DNA of 64,000 nucleotides from NCBI GenBank assembly GCA_002306085.1, contig DBRS01000014.1:10690-74689 (forward strand), read 5' to 3'. The translations under genes and the position numbers were made by a program. A model generated the notes under the pieces. It made no database searches, was not told the origin of the DNA, and saw only the letters and a list, made by a program, of their open reading frames with translations. Origin of the DNA: Candidatus Moranbacteria bacterium UBA1362. GTDB taxonomy: Bacteria; Patescibacteriota; Minisyncoccia; Moranbacterales; GWC2-37-73. Positions 28,645 to 39,476 of this stretch are shown here, one piece after another; positions within the stretch are counted from its first letter, which is position 1, and each line of letters begins with the position of its first letter.

Positions 28645-30426
28645 CTATTTCTTGTTTTCTCTGCTGTAATTTTTCCAAAGAACGCGAAAATTTTCGTCGG
28701 AAAGAAGATCATTGAAAGTTCCCTCTGCAACTATTCTGCTGTTCTTAAAAAGATAGATGTAATCGAACTCTTTGAGAAGATGCAACCCGTGCACTGCGGA
28801 AATGACGACTTTGTCCTTGAAATTTTCAAAGATGTTCCGATATATTTCCGCCTCGTTTTCAATGTCGACACTGCTCGTCGGTTCATCCAGAAGCAGAAAC
28901 TGGCTATCCTTCGCGGCAAGGAACCCTCTGGCAAGCGCAAGTCTCTGCTTTTCTCCGCCGCTTAAGGATACTCCCCTTTCCATGACGTTTGTTTTGAGAC
29001 CTTTTTCAAGCCGTGAAATCAATTTGTCAAGCCTGGACATTTTTACGGCTTTTTCGATTTCATCTTCGCTCACATGAACTCCCATTGTTATATTATATTC
29101 AATTGTATTGTTGAATATTTCAGGTTCCTGCGGAATCAGCGTGCAATAATTGTGGATATGTTTAAGTCCGTGCTTCAGTTTTTTCCCATCACAAAAAACT
29201 TTGGCGTCGTCCGGCTCGTGCAATCCTCTCAAAAGTGAAAGAACAGTGCTCTTCCCCGAGCCGCTCGTACCGATAAGCGCGATTTTCATATTTCTTTCAA
29301 AACTCAATGACGCATCGGTTACGGCATATACTTTTAAATCTGAATCAATCTCCTGCCTGTAGGAAAAATTGAGCTGTTTAATCTGAATCGTCTTCCATTT
29401 TCTTGGAAGCGAATATCTTCTCCCGAGCCGCAGCTTGTCATATTCTTCATTTATCGTTTCGGCGGCCATAACAGCCTCGTTTTGCCTCACTGTCTCGCTG
29501 TATTTCCAGGCAAAAGTATCGAATGCGTTTCCGATATTGTTAAGATACTGATAAAGAACGAACAGCGTTCCGATTACTATGACTCCCTGATTTTTATATG
29601 ACACATACACATTAAGCAAAATAACCGCTGCTGTCATGACCTCGATGATCATGCTTGACGTAAACCACTTCGATTCGTTCAAAATTGAGCTTCTCAGAAA
29701 AACCCTGTACGGCTCCATCGACCGTTTTTCAATTTCTTTTGCGGCGCTTTTTTTGAGTCGCAGCGAAATTATTGTTATGTAGTTGCTGATGTAGTCGTAA
29801 ATTCCGGCCGCGATATTATTTTCGCCCTTGAAAATAATTTTGTAATGCCTTATCAACGCTTTGTCGAATTTCAATATCACATATACGGCAACAGCCGCAG
29901 TGAAAAGTGCAATGAAAACCGGATTTATGTCATACAATCCCATTATGATTATCGATACGACAAAAGCGGTGAAATTTTGAATAATGAAAAAAAGTTCGCT
30001 GGAAAATGTGAAGAGATTTTCGCTTGCCTTGTTAATCTTGTCGATTGTGTCTCCGGAATGATGGTCTTTGTGCCACCGCGCGGGCAGTTCCATGGTCCGT
30101 TCAAACATCGTTTGCCTGTAGTTTTTCCTTATCAAAAACGCGTTTCTGTTCTCAATTGTTCTTGAGATAAAATTAAATATCCACCCCATTATGCTCAGTA
30201 CGATCAGAAGGCCGACATTATACGCGATAAAAAGGATCGGGTTTGATTTTTCGGTAGCGAATTGTATCTCATTAAATATTCTCCCGATCACAACCGGCTG
30301 AAGGAGCCAGATGATGTTTCCGATCAAGGAAAACACAACAACAAAAATGTATGCCGTTTTTATTCCAGCTGCATATTCCCAAGAATATCTGAAAATGTTG
30401 TAGAGAGGATTTTTAGAATACATCAT
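28645..30426 (-). CDS. ABC transporter, fused permease/ATP-binding (type I exporter, MsbA/bacteriocin-exporter-like)
   Basis: 593 aa. It has a 6-TM N-terminal domain, Walker A GTSGSGKST, signature LSGGEKQRLALARGF and Walker B FLLLDEPTS. There is no N-terminal C39 peptidase domain. Confidence 0.9.
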   Translation of the reverse strand: MMYSKNPLYNIFRYSWEYAAGIKTAYIFVVVFSLIGNIIWLLQPVVIGRIFNEIQFATEKSNPILFIAYNVGLLIVLSIMGWIFNFISRTIENRNAFLIRKNYRQTMFERTMELPARWHKDHHSGDTIDKINKASENLFTFSSELFFIIQNFTAFVVSIIIMGLYDINPVFIALFTAAVAVYVILKFDKALIRHYKIIFKGENNIAAGIYDYISNYITIISLRLKKSAAKEIEKRSMEPYRVFLRSSILNESKWFTSSMIIEVMTAAVILLNVYVSYKNQGVIVIGTLFVLYQYLNNIGNAFDTFAWKYSETVRQNEAVMAAETINEEYDKLRLGRRYSLPRKWKTIQIKQLNFSYRQEIDSDLKVYAVTDASLSFERNMKIALIGTSGSGKSTVLSLLRGLHEPDDAKVFCDGKKLKHGLKHIHNYCTLIPQEPEIFNNTIEYNITMGVHVSEDEIEKAVKMSRLDKLISRLEKGLKTNVMERGVSLSGGEKQRLALARGFLAAKDSQFLLLDEPTSSVDIENEAEIYRNIFENFKDKVVISAVHGLHLLKEFDYIYLFKNSRIVAEGTFNDLLSDENFRVLWKNYSRENKK

Positions 30427-30550
30427 TTATTTTTTATGCGTCTGTCTTAATAATATCACCGGATAATAATGATGACAAAAAACCGCAATAAAAATTGCGG
30501 CCAGCATCTTTCGGCTAATAAAATTTATGCTCCTTGTCGGAGATAATCAT

Positions 30551-31294
30551 TCAGCGTAAAGCGGAACGCGAAAAAGAAGCAAGAAACAACAGGTGAATAT
30601 GAGTCAAAAGCAACCGCAAAAGAGATTTGTCATATTCATTGCGCCCGCTTTTGAAACATAAGACGCACTTTATCGGAGATTCTTGATAATAGCTTTCGAT
30701 AACATTAATATCTTCTCTGTTTGTAGCATGTTCCAAATTCCCGTTGGCGACCGCAAGATTAGACAGCTTGAAATTCATCGCTCCGGAATCACCGCTTGGA
30801 TAGTACAGCTCTTTAAGGGTTTTTCCGGATCTTATATCGATAAACCTTACCAGTCCTTCTTTTGATTTGGCCACCGAAACGAACAGATATGAAAGCAGCT
30901 TCGCGTATGAAACCTTTTCCACTTCCTTGCCGGGAAATACCTGACAAATTGACATGAAATCCTTCAAAAGCTTGCGCTCGTTGTTTATCCTGCCGATATG
31001 CTCGTAGCTGTTTTTCAATTCATTCTCTATTTGCTCGCGTTCGGCGAATAGACTGTTTATTTTTCTTCGGTATATGCGATAAATGAGAAAAATAAAGACA
31101 CTTTCAACAAAAATTATGACAGATTGCTCATAATCTTCCGGAATCGAGAAGCTTCCGATGACATGACCCTTGAAAATATGGGGAGTGAGAACTGACACGA
31201 CCGCAACCAGCACAAAAGCAAAAAGCACAGCTCTCCTTGCCATCAGAATTTTTTCTGAAATTCTTCTGATTCTTTTCGGCATCCTTTTGCACAT
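30551..31294 (-). CDS. Hypothetical membrane protein (2 N-terminal TM helices plus cytoplasmic domain) upstream of the ABC exporter
   Basis: 247 aa. No recognisable motif was found. Confidence 0.35.
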   Translation of the reverse strand: MCKRMPKRIRRISEKILMARRAVLFAFVLVAVVSVLTPHIFKGHVIGSFSIPEDYEQSVIIFVESVFIFLIYRIYRRKINSLFAEREQIENELKNSYEHIGRINNERKLLKDFMSICQVFPGKEVEKVSYAKLLSYLFVSVAKSKEGLVRFIDIRSGKTLKELYYPSGDSGAMNFKLSNLAVANGNLEHATNREDINVIESYYQESPIKCVLCFKSGRNEYDKSLLRLLLTHIHLLFLASFSRSALR

Positions 31295-31392
31295 TAATAA
31301 TTATTGCAAAAGTATTGAGCCAATTGCGATTATATTACGCAAAATATTTTTCTTTTTTTTCAATTTTAAAATTGCCAAAGGGCTTATTTGTT

Positions 31393-32634
31393 CTATATGT
31401 ATCTTCTGTTTCGAAGTTCATCAGGCAAATATTGCTGGCCGCTTGAGTCTTCCAAGGGGGTGTATTTGTATCCTTTCCCGTATCCAAGTTTTTCCATGAG
31501 CTTTGTCGGCGCGTTGCGTATATGCATCGGCACCGGAAGATTTCCGAATTTTTCGACGTCTTTTTTAGCTTTTTCGTACGCAAAATACGCTTTGACGCTT
31601 TTGGGAGCTTTCGAAAGATAGATTGCAAGCTGCGCCAAATGCACGCTGCATTCGGGATAGCCGATTTTATGGCAGGCATCGAAAACATTATTCGCAAGAA
31701 CAAGCGCAAAATTGTCGGCAAGTCCCACGTCCTCAGAAGCAAAGCGCAGCAACCTTCTTGCGACATATTTTGGATCTTCTCCGCCCTCAAGCATCCTTGC
31801 AAGCCAGTACAGCGCGGCATTGGCATCTCCCCCGCGCATGGATTTGTGAAGAGCGGAAATAATGTTGTAATGTTCTTCACCAGTTTTGTCATAGTAAAGA
31901 TGCGATTTTTGCAAAACCTTCTTGATAAGTTCGGAGTCTATCATCCGCGTTTGCCCGGTCTTTGCCGAAATTTCAGCCGACAGCTGCGCCGCCGCTTCCA
32001 GCGTGTTGAGCGCCATGCGCGCATCGCCGTTTGCAAGTTTTGAAAGGATCGAAATATCATTATCCGAAATTTTTATTTTCTCATTTCCAAGCCCTCTTAC
32101 CTTATCTTCAAGCGCGCGCCTAAGGATTTTTTCAATGTCACGCGGCTCCAGTTTTTCCAAAACCAGAATGCGCGAACGCGATATAAGAGCAGAAATGACT
32201 TCGAAACTGGGATTTTCCGTCGTGGCTCCGATCAGCGTGACAGTTCCGTTCTCAACATAAGGAAGTAGCGCATCCTGCTGCGCCTTATTCCAGCGATGAA
32301 TTTCATCAATAAACAAAATGGTTCTTTTCCCGTCCTTTTTTATTTTTTTCGCGCGCTCCACGACAGACATGAGATCTCTTTTGCCGCTTGCAACTCCGCT
32401 GAGCTGGATGAATTCCGAGCCTGTTTCATTTGCAATGATTGAAGCAAGAGTCGTCTTTCCGCTTCCGGGAGGTCCCCAAAAAATAAGCGACGGCACGCTG
32501 TCGCTTTCAATAGCCCTGCGAAGAAAAGAATCTTTTCCAACCAATTTTTCCTGCCCGAAAAATTCCTCAAGCTTCTGGGAACGCATGCTGTCGGCCAGCG
32601 GCGCATATCTTTTCATGTTTTCCTTCGCTTTCAT
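31393..32634 (-). CDS. rarA: Replication-associated recombination protein A (AAA+ ATPase RarA/MgsA)
   Basis: 413 aa, with Walker A FWGPPGSGKTTLA and Walker B ILFIDEIHRWNKAQQD. Confidence 0.9.
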   Translation of the reverse strand: MKAKENMKRYAPLADSMRSQKLEEFFGQEKLVGKDSFLRRAIESDSVPSLIFWGPPGSGKTTLASIIANETGSEFIQLSGVASGKRDLMSVVERAKKIKKDGKRTILFIDEIHRWNKAQQDALLPYVENGTVTLIGATTENPSFEVISALISRSRILVLEKLEPRDIEKILRRALEDKVRGLGNEKIKISDNDISILSKLANGDARMALNTLEAAAQLSAEISAKTGQTRMIDSELIKKVLQKSHLYYDKTGEEHYNIISALHKSMRGGDANAALYWLARMLEGGEDPKYVARRLLRFASEDVGLADNFALVLANNVFDACHKIGYPECSVHLAQLAIYLSKAPKSVKAYFAYEKAKKDVEKFGNLPVPMHIRNAPTKLMEKLGYGKGYKYTPLEDSSGQQYLPDELRNRRYI

Positions 32635-32691
32635 AAAACACAGTAATAATCGATCTTATAAACAAATTCTAGCATAAAAAAGAAAACCCTC

Positions 32692-33375
32692 CTAAGAGGG
32701 TTTTTTGCCGGACTCGTTGCGTCTGGCTTTTTTAAGCTGTTTTTCCAGCAATGCTTTGGCTCTTTCGGACCAGGGCTGCGGAGCATTTGTTCGAAGATAT
32801 TCCAGCGTATAATCTCTTTTGATGCCGCGTCTCAACATTTCTCTCCATGCCCGTTCCTTCCATTTTTCAGACATGTCATAATCCACTTTGATCGCTATGA
32901 CATTATGAAACAGGAAGTCGCCTTTTTCATTCTCAAGAAGCTTTTGCCACGCTCTTTCTCTCCATTCTTCGGGAGCGTAAGGGTTTTCAAGTATGTAATA
33001 ATAGTTGTAATACCAAAAACATTCGTTGAAAATTCTGCCGAAATTTTTGTCGAAATCTGCAAGTTTTTCCACCATCTCGGAAGGGAAATTTTTCGTCTGC
33101 CAAAAGAATGTGTTGGCATATTTTTCTCCAGCGTCCGGTTCAAGTCTGAAGTATTTCCTTATAGCTTCATGTCCGAGCACATACTCAGGGCTACAATCTT
33201 TGAAAATCTCCCGACCTCTTTCTGAAAAAACCTCACGATCTGTCAGAAACCATGCGCGTCCGTTAAAAACTATCCAAGACATGAAATAATATCTCATGCA
33301 ATACCTCCTTTTTATATAATCAAGGAACAATAAGTAAGCATACTTCACTCCAACTTCACTGTCAACAAGAGCCAA
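32692..33375 (-). CDS. Hypothetical protein with internal W-x-ERAW repeats
   Basis: 227 aa. The repeats are EEWRERAWQKLL, EKWKERAWREML and PWSERAKALL. Confidence 0.35.
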   Translation of the reverse strand: MALVDSEVGVKYAYLLFLDYIKRRYCMRYYFMSWIVFNGRAWFLTDREVFSERGREIFKDCSPEYVLGHEAIRKYFRLEPDAGEKYANTFFWQTKNFPSEMVEKLADFDKNFGRIFNECFWYYNYYYILENPYAPEEWRERAWQKLLENEKGDFLFHNVIAIKVDYDMSEKWKERAWREMLRRGIKRDYTLEYLRTNAPQPWSERAKALLEKQLKKARRNESGKKPS

Positions 33376-33415
33376 ACTACTTTGTTTTTTTCTTCAAATT
33401 ACTCCTGCCCGCTTA

Positions 33416-34654
33416 TTATTCATATTTCAAAGCATCAATCGGACTCATTGCCGCGGCTTTGCGAGCCGGATAGAATCCAAAAATTATTCCTACTGCCGCC
33501 GAAATTCCAAAAGCAAGCAATATTGAGGAAATAGAAATTTTCGTCTCAAGCGTTGAAAAATGCGACACAAAAAATGAAGCGACCCATCCGAACCCCACTC
33601 CGATTAGTCCGCCAAAAAAAGTAAGCACGACCGATTCTGCCAAAAATTGCAGATTAATATATATTTTTTTTATACCGACGGCTTTTCTTAATCCTATCTC
33701 ACGCGTGCGTTCCGTAACTGTCGTAAGCATCATATTCATTATCCCTATCCCTCCAACCAAAAGCGAAATGCCGGCAATGGACGCAAGTAACAGCGTAAGC
33801 GTTCCCGTAATGTTCGAAGCTGTTTCAATAATATCGGCCTGGTTCATAAGCCTGAAATCAGCTTCGTCCTCATTTTTTATCCCGTGCCTTTCAAGCAGCA
33901 ATGATGTGATTTGTTCTTGAACAGATTCCATCAAACTCTGATCGCTCGCGGTAATACTCACGGAGCTGATATGGTCGTTCCCCGTCAGATAGCGCTGTGA
34001 AGTCATGATTGGAATATAAACTGTATCATCGAAATTGTTAAATCCGCTGCCGCCTTTCGCTTCGGTAACGCCGATCACTTCAAAATTGATTCCATTTATC
34101 TTTATTGACTGCCCTACAGGATCGACCCCTTCTCCGAATAAATCATCACGCGTGTCTGGACCGAGCACTGCTACTTTCGCCAGAACTTTGGAATGATATT
34201 CCGTAATAAAATTTCCGGAATCGATTTCGATATTCCTGACCGAAACATATTCAGGAACCGTTCCTATTGTCTGGGTGCGCGTATTCGTTCCTTTCGCTGT
34301 AATTTGATATTGTCCGTTATCAGAAGGCGCTACCGCTTCTATGTTTTGCACTTCACTCTTAATGGCTTCTACATCTTCCCATGTTATCGTCTTGGCGCTT
34401 CCTGCCACTGATCTTACCCCGCCGCTTCTCTGCGCTCCCGGCTGGATCATGATAAGATTCGATCCGATCGACTGGATTTGTTCCGAAATGGAAGCCTGGG
34501 AGCCTTGTCCTATCGCGACCATGGCAATTACCGACCCCACACCTATGATTATACCCAAAACAGTAAGACCAGATCTAACTTTATTTGTGGAAAGAGACCA
34601 AATTGTTTCTCTCAATAAATCTCCAAGCATCGATTTAAAAACTGCTATCAGCAA
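33416..34654 (-). CDS. ABC transporter permease, FtsX/MacB-type
   Basis: 412 aa. It has an N-terminal TM, a large periplasmic domain and a C-terminal FtsX-like 3-TM bundle. Confidence 0.85.
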   Translation of the reverse strand: MLIAVFKSMLGDLLRETIWSLSTNKVRSGLTVLGIIIGVGSVIAMVAIGQGSQASISEQIQSIGSNLIMIQPGAQRSGGVRSVAGSAKTITWEDVEAIKSEVQNIEAVAPSDNGQYQITAKGTNTRTQTIGTVPEYVSVRNIEIDSGNFITEYHSKVLAKVAVLGPDTRDDLFGEGVDPVGQSIKINGINFEVIGVTEAKGGSGFNNFDDTVYIPIMTSQRYLTGNDHISSVSITASDQSLMESVQEQITSLLLERHGIKNEDEADFRLMNQADIIETASNITGTLTLLLASIAGISLLVGGIGIMNMMLTTVTERTREIGLRKAVGIKKIYINLQFLAESVVLTFFGGLIGVGFGWVASFFVSHFSTLETKISISSILLAFGISAAVGIIFGFYPARKAAAMSPIDALKYE

Positions 34655-34676
34655 TTTAAAATTTTAAAATTTATTT

Positions 34677-35387
34677 TCATTTTACGATATGGTCGTTCGG
34701 CACATTCTCCACGTCCCTCTCGATTTTTCCGTCTCTTATATGAATGATTCTTTTGGCATAATCCGCAACATCCATTTCATGCGTTATGATAACTATCGTA
34801 TGACCTTTCTCATTAAGCTCCTGAAAAGCTTTCATGACTATCTGGCTTGTTTTCGTATCAAGGTTTCCCGTAGGCTCGTCGGCAAGTATGATTAAAGGAT
34901 CATTAATTAATGCTCTTGCAATTGCGACGCGCTGCATTTGTCCGCCTGAAAGCTGATTGGAAAGATTGAAAAATTTTTCCTCTTCCATTCCTGCATACAG
35001 CAGACACTTCTTTGCCCGCTCGATGCGCTTTTCTTTCGGCACACCGGAATAAAGCAGCGGAAGCATAACGTTTCTCAATACTGTTGTGCGCGGAAGCAGA
35101 TTAAAAGACTGAAACACAAATCCTATTTTTTTTCTGCGAAGATCTGCAAGCTCGTCATCATTCAGTTTTGAAACTTCCCGCCCGTCCAAGAAATATTCCC
35201 CGCTTGTCGGAACATCAAGCTCGCCAAGAATATGCATAAGCGTGGATTTTCCACTACCCGACGGCCCTATAATAGAAACAAATTCTCCCTTTTTAATATT
35301 GAACGAAACATCATCAAGCGCGACGGTTTCCACATCTCCGTTCTTGTATACTTTTCTCAGATTCCTGCAATCGATCATAAATTTCAC
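34677..35387 (-). CDS. ABC transporter ATP-binding protein (MacB/LolD-type)
   Basis: 236 aa, with Walker [10 protein letters not shown], signature [15 protein letters not shown] and Walker [12 protein letters not shown]. Confidence 0.9.
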   Translation of the reverse strand: MKFMIDCRNLRKVYKNGDVETVALDDVSFNIKKGEFVSIIGPSGSGKSTLMHILGELDVPTSGEYFLDGREVSKLNDDELADLRRKKIGFVFQSFNLLPRTTVLRNVMLPLLYSGVPKEKRIERAKKCLLYAGMEEEKFFNLSNQLSGGQMQRVAIARALINDPLIILADEPTGNLDTKTSQIVMKAFQELNEKGHTIVIITHEMDVADYAKRIIHIRDGKIERDVENVPNDHIVK

Positions 35388-35397
35388 ATCTTATTTT

Positions 35398-36591
35398 TTA
35401 CATCCTTATCATCATATCTCTGCCAGGAAATCCCCTGGGGCCGTTCCTGTCATTTGATTTTTGGAGATCAGATTTCTCATCGCCTGAATCATTTGCATTT
35501 GAAGACTTGTGTGAATCCACCGCCCGTGTAACGATATTGTCGCCTTCATTTACGCCGCTTACTATCTCAGTTCTAGTATTATTCGTTATTCCGATTTCAA
35601 TCTGGCGGTCTTCCGGAATTTGGCCGTTCATTACCTGCACATAGTTTTTCCCGTTTCTTGTTTTTATGGCACTGCTCGGAATGATAACAGCGTCTTCCTT
35701 GGAGTTCGTAATTATTTCAGCCGACACGTTCATCCCCGGCCTTATTCTGTCGTCAAGCGAATCAAGGGATATAACTATGCCATATGTGACAACTCCCGAA
35801 TTTGTAGTTCCAAGCGCATCTATTTTTTCCACTTTTCCTGTAAGACTCAAGCCATCAATGGCATCAATGGCAACAGTAGCCGTTTGCCCGACTTTTACAT
35901 TCGAAATGTCCACCTCATTCACCTGTACCTCGGCTTTCACCGTGCCCAGATCTCCTATGATTATCGGTGTCTTATCGCCGTTTCCCGAAGACGAATCATT
36001 AAGACTGTCTCCGTTTTCAATGTTTATCTCAATCACGGTTCCGTCTATCGTGGAAACGGCTCTTGTTTCAGAAGCATTTTTGAGCGCGTTCTGATGGGCC
36101 TTCCAGCTCGTTTTGACGTTTCTTTCCGCAACTTCCACGGAAATTTCTGCCGCATCAAGTTTCTTTTTTGTAATTTTTTTCTCCTCGGAATTAGAATCTT
36201 CATATACATTCTTGGCTTCTTTTTTGTTAGCTTTTGCGTTCTCCAAAGAAGCCATCGCCTGCAGATATGAAGAATATGCTCTATCCGCGTCTATGCTTAA
36301 TTCATCATTATCTATCATAAAAAGCAGTTGTCCTTTTTTTACGCTGTCGCCTACGCTCACCGCCAAACCGTAAACCGTCCCTGAAATCCTAGGATCTACA
36401 TTGACAAGCTGATCAACAATAATACTGCCGCTTGCGGAAACCGATGTTGCCATGGGGCCTTTTTGCGCCCTTGCCGTAACGTAGCGAACTTCTTTGCTTT
36501 CGGAATTCGCGCTGCTGTATAAATAGTAGCCCGTGCCGGCTGCGAGCAAAAACAGAATGATCCAAAAATATTTTTTCCTGATGGATTTCAT
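35398..36591 (-). CDS. Efflux transporter periplasmic adaptor subunit (HlyD/MacA-like)
   Basis: 397 aa. It has a signal/TM, a biotinyl-lipoyl-like beta region, a long coiled coil and a C-terminal beta-barrel. It lies with the ABC/FtsX pair. Confidence 0.75.
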   Translation of the reverse strand: MKSIRKKYFWIILFLLAAGTGYYLYSSANSESKEVRYVTARAQKGPMATSVSASGSIIVDQLVNVDPRISGTVYGLAVSVGDSVKKGQLLFMIDNDELSIDADRAYSSYLQAMASLENAKANKKEAKNVYEDSNSEEKKITKKKLDAAEISVEVAERNVKTSWKAHQNALKNASETRAVSTIDGTVIEINIENGDSLNDSSSGNGDKTPIIIGDLGTVKAEVQVNEVDISNVKVGQTATVAIDAIDGLSLTGKVEKIDALGTTNSGVVTYGIVISLDSLDDRIRPGMNVSAEIITNSKEDAVIIPSSAIKTRNGKNYVQVMNGQIPEDRQIEIGITNNTRTEIVSGVNEGDNIVTRAVDSHKSSNANDSGDEKSDLQKSNDRNGPRGFPGRDMMIRM

Positions 36592-37032
36592 TTATTTATG
36601 ATTTAAATTAAAAATAATATACGACAACATATTATTATAATTTATTATAATTTCAATTCAGTTACAGTCAAGGAATATCCTGTATCAATGGCAAACGTTT
36701 TTCCGGGCCCGAAAACTTTTACGCCAGTGAAGCGCCTGGATATGCCATTTTTTCCGGGCAATTTTCGTCTTGCCTTATCTTAACATGCAAAGACCGCCTG
36801 TTCCAGCCTGGCGGAAAAGCCCTTATGAAGATGCCCATATTAAAAATTTAGCATTTTTCCTAGCTACTCCTATGCTTTAATTCCCCAAAAATATCGAAGC
36901 TTCTGAGAATTCTGCTAACTCATCATCGTCGACTCTCCCTATCACCGATTCAGCCATGCAAATTTATATTAACTCCAGTCTTTAATACGAGATTTATTTA
37001 ATATATTTGCAGGCTTCCGCCATTTATACAAA

Positions 37033-37683
37033 CTATTTGCACACGTACAGGCAAGAATCTATCCAATCCGAAAGTTTCTCCTGAGAGTCCACATATCCCA
37101 AGATGTCAAGCAAATTTCCTTTATGGAAACCAAGATGAAGATGTTTTCTTTCACCGTCAGTTTGTTCGCTGTAACCCCTTCCCAGCTTTCCGAGAACGTC
37201 TCCTTTGCGGATATTATCGCCGATCTTAGCATTCACCGATCCCAGATCAAGATGACCGTATATAACTGTGATTGAATCATTTTCAAGTTCGCATGCCTGA
37301 ACCGCGACTCCGCCATAGCCCGTGGCGCTCTTTTTTGACAGCAGCCTGCCTTCACAAACAGCCCTCACAAAAACATCGGAATCCTGTTCCTCGGGAAAAA
37401 CTTCAAAATCCGCCCCAGTGTGATATCCCGCAAATCTTTCCGGCTGGACAGGCGAACTGCCAGGGGAAATAAATATGCCAAAAGGTTTTTTTGTAACTCT
37501 TTCGGCCGCCCTGTCCAAAGGAGCAGCAAAATCAGAATTCTCCTCTTTCTTAACTTCTGCATCTTGCGCAACATGAAACACCGGAAAAGCCGTATCGTTC
37601 TTTTGCAGGAAAAATCTAAACAAAAGAAAAATCATCGAAAATACAATTATGGTGACGGAAAACATTATGAACAATTTTTTCAT
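37033..37683 (-). CDS. M23 family metallopeptidase (LytM-like)
   Basis: 216 aa with an N-terminal TM. GYHTGADFEV (HxxxD) and HLHLGFHKG (HxH) are the zinc ligands of M23 peptidases. Confidence 0.8.
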   Translation of the reverse strand: MKKLFIMFSVTIIVFSMIFLLFRFFLQKNDTAFPVFHVAQDAEVKKEENSDFAAPLDRAAERVTKKPFGIFISPGSSPVQPERFAGYHTGADFEVFPEEQDSDVFVRAVCEGRLLSKKSATGYGGVAVQACELENDSITVIYGHLDLGSVNAKIGDNIRKGDVLGKLGRGYSEQTDGERKHLHLGFHKGNLLDILGYVDSQEKLSDWIDSCLYVCK

Positions 37684-37865
37684 GATTTTTATCTCTGCTA
37701 TGTTTCTTATTAACGCTCATTTTCAATTCGCTGTAAAACAACACATTTCCCTATATTACATTTTCCAACATTATCGGATATTTGCAAAATTACAATATAA
37801 AAAATAATTCATATCATTTATTGCTCATTCTTGTCCGTGTTTTTTTCATCACAGAATTCATACAA

Positions 37866-39476
37866 TCACTTCCTTGAAATTATTTTGTTTTTGTACATTT
37901 CTTTGTCCGCTTTTTGGATCGCAGCATCCAGATCGCTGCTCAGCACAGCGTATGTCGCACCGATAGCGATGTCAATTTTTAACTTTTCCATTCCTTCAAC
38001 CAATATTTCTCCCGCTTTTTCCTGAAGGCGAAGAACGACCGTTTCCACTTCTCCTTTTTTTATTCCTGGAAGCAATATGCAAAATTCATCTCCTCCAAAC
38101 CTTGCAACCAGATCTTTTTCCCTGAATTGAGAATTCAAAAAATTTGCCGTTTTTTGAATAAGCCTGTCTCCCGCAAGATGACCGTAGCAGTCGTTAACTT
38201 TTTTAAGGCCATTCACATCGACCATAATCACGCCTCCGTTGAAATACCGGCGCTTCCTGTATCTTTCAAGTTCCCTTTCAAAATAATACCTATTGTAGAC
38301 TCCCGTCAGCATATCATGCGTGCTCGAATATATTATGCGCTCTTCGGCCATTTTATGTCTTGTGATGTTCACGGCATATATTCTTGCGACGTTGTATTGG
38401 GGAGTAAGATAGATGGTCTCTGCAAAATATTCGCTTCCGACTCCGATTTCGCGATAGATCGGCCTCTTTTTGTTCTTCTGCAGACGTTTTAAGATGATAT
38501 TTATGTCTTTCGGCAGAAATTCATTAAGGCCGCGTTCGCCACACAATCCGCGCAGCACATTTCTTGCCGCCCTGTTGGCAAATGTAAGATTCAAAGAAAA
38601 GTCTATTTCTATTATCGGATTCGGATCAAGTTTGGGAAAGGATGCCAGATGTTCAATTTTCTGTTCGGCCAATTTTCTCTCACTGGTATCGACAAACAGA
38701 ATTGTGAATTTGCCCTTTCCGGGACTCGAGGAGAATGTTTCGTAGTACCGCTTTGTTACCGGGTTATAATTTTCAAAACGCACGGATTTTCCCGTCAATG
38801 CCACATTGCCATATATATCCACCCAGGTCGGCATTTCATCGTTGGGAAATATTTCTTTCATTGTTTTTCCCACCACATCGTAAGCCTTAAGTCCCGTAAG
38901 ACGCTCGTAGGCCTTGTTTATTTCCAGGAAACGATAGTCGCAGGGAGCGCCGTGTTCGTCGCATATTATCTCGCAAAGAGCAAACCCCTCGTTCATCGAA
39001 TCAAACAGGGATTTATACCTGTCTTTGCTCGGATCGGTTCCATGGCCGCGCTTTTCAATCCCTTTTGCGCCGCCGGCAAAAAAGAAAAAAAACTTCTGAT
39101 TAAAGAGAATTAAGTTTGAAATTGAAAATACGATTATATTTTTTTCGGACTTCCCCCTTTCAAGACGCATGGTAATTTTTTTTGCCACTTTTTTCTTTTG
39201 ATCGGATGCGGACATTGCTTTTGTAACAGAACATCGCGGACAACTTGTTCCCTTTCCGCACCCTTCCTCGGACAAATTTTCGCAGATCAAAAACTCTCCG
39301 ATTTTTTTGTAGTAAGCACTTCCGGAAGAAGACTTGCGCAGCATTAAAGCTTCCTTGTTTGCCACAAGAATCCTTTTCTTTTCATCAAGAACAAGCGCAG
39401 CAAACGGCATTCCAGACACCATTTCCTCAAGCTTGCTTTGCAACGTTATTTTTTGTTTAACGGACAGATTTTTCAT
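37866..39476 (-). CDS. PAS-domain diguanylate cyclase (GGDEF)
   Basis: 536 aa. It has an N-terminal Cys-rich segment (CENLSEEGCGKGTSCPRC), PAS-like regions and a C-terminal GGDEF domain with RFGGDEFCILLPG. Confidence 0.85.
   Translation of the reverse strand: MKNLSVKQKITLQSKLEEMVSGMPFAALVLDEKKRILVANKEALMLRKSSSGSAYYKKIGEFLICENLSEEGCGKGTSCPRCSVTKAMSASDQKKKVAKKITMRLERGKSEKNIIVFSISNLILFNQKFFFFFAGGAKGIEKRGHGTDPSKDRYKSLFDSMNEGFALCEIICDEHGAPCDYRFLEINKAYERLTGLKAYDVVGKTMKEIFPNDEMPTWVDIYGNVALTGKSVRFENYNPVTKRYYETFSSSPGKGKFTILFVDTSERKLAEQKIEHLASFPKLDPNPIIEIDFSLNLTFANRAARNVLRGLCGERGLNEFLPKDINIILKRLQKNKKRPIYREIGVGSEYFAETIYLTPQYNVARIYAVNITRHKMAEERIIYSSTHDMLTGVYNRYYFERELERYRKRRYFNGGVIMVDVNGLKKVNDCYGHLAGDRLIQKTANFLNSQFREKDLVARFGGDEFCILLPGIKKGEVETVVLRLQEKAGEILVEGMEKLKIDIAIGATYAVLSSDLDAAIQKADKEMYKNKIISRK

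Noticed and set aside
36640-36860. c-di-GMP or ZTP riboswitch in the GC-rich macA leader
   Set aside because: Fragments such as CACUGGCG and CCGCCAGGC resemble pieces of known consensuses, but in the wrong order or on the wrong strand. This is kept only as a possible structured RNA in the findings, not as a called feature.
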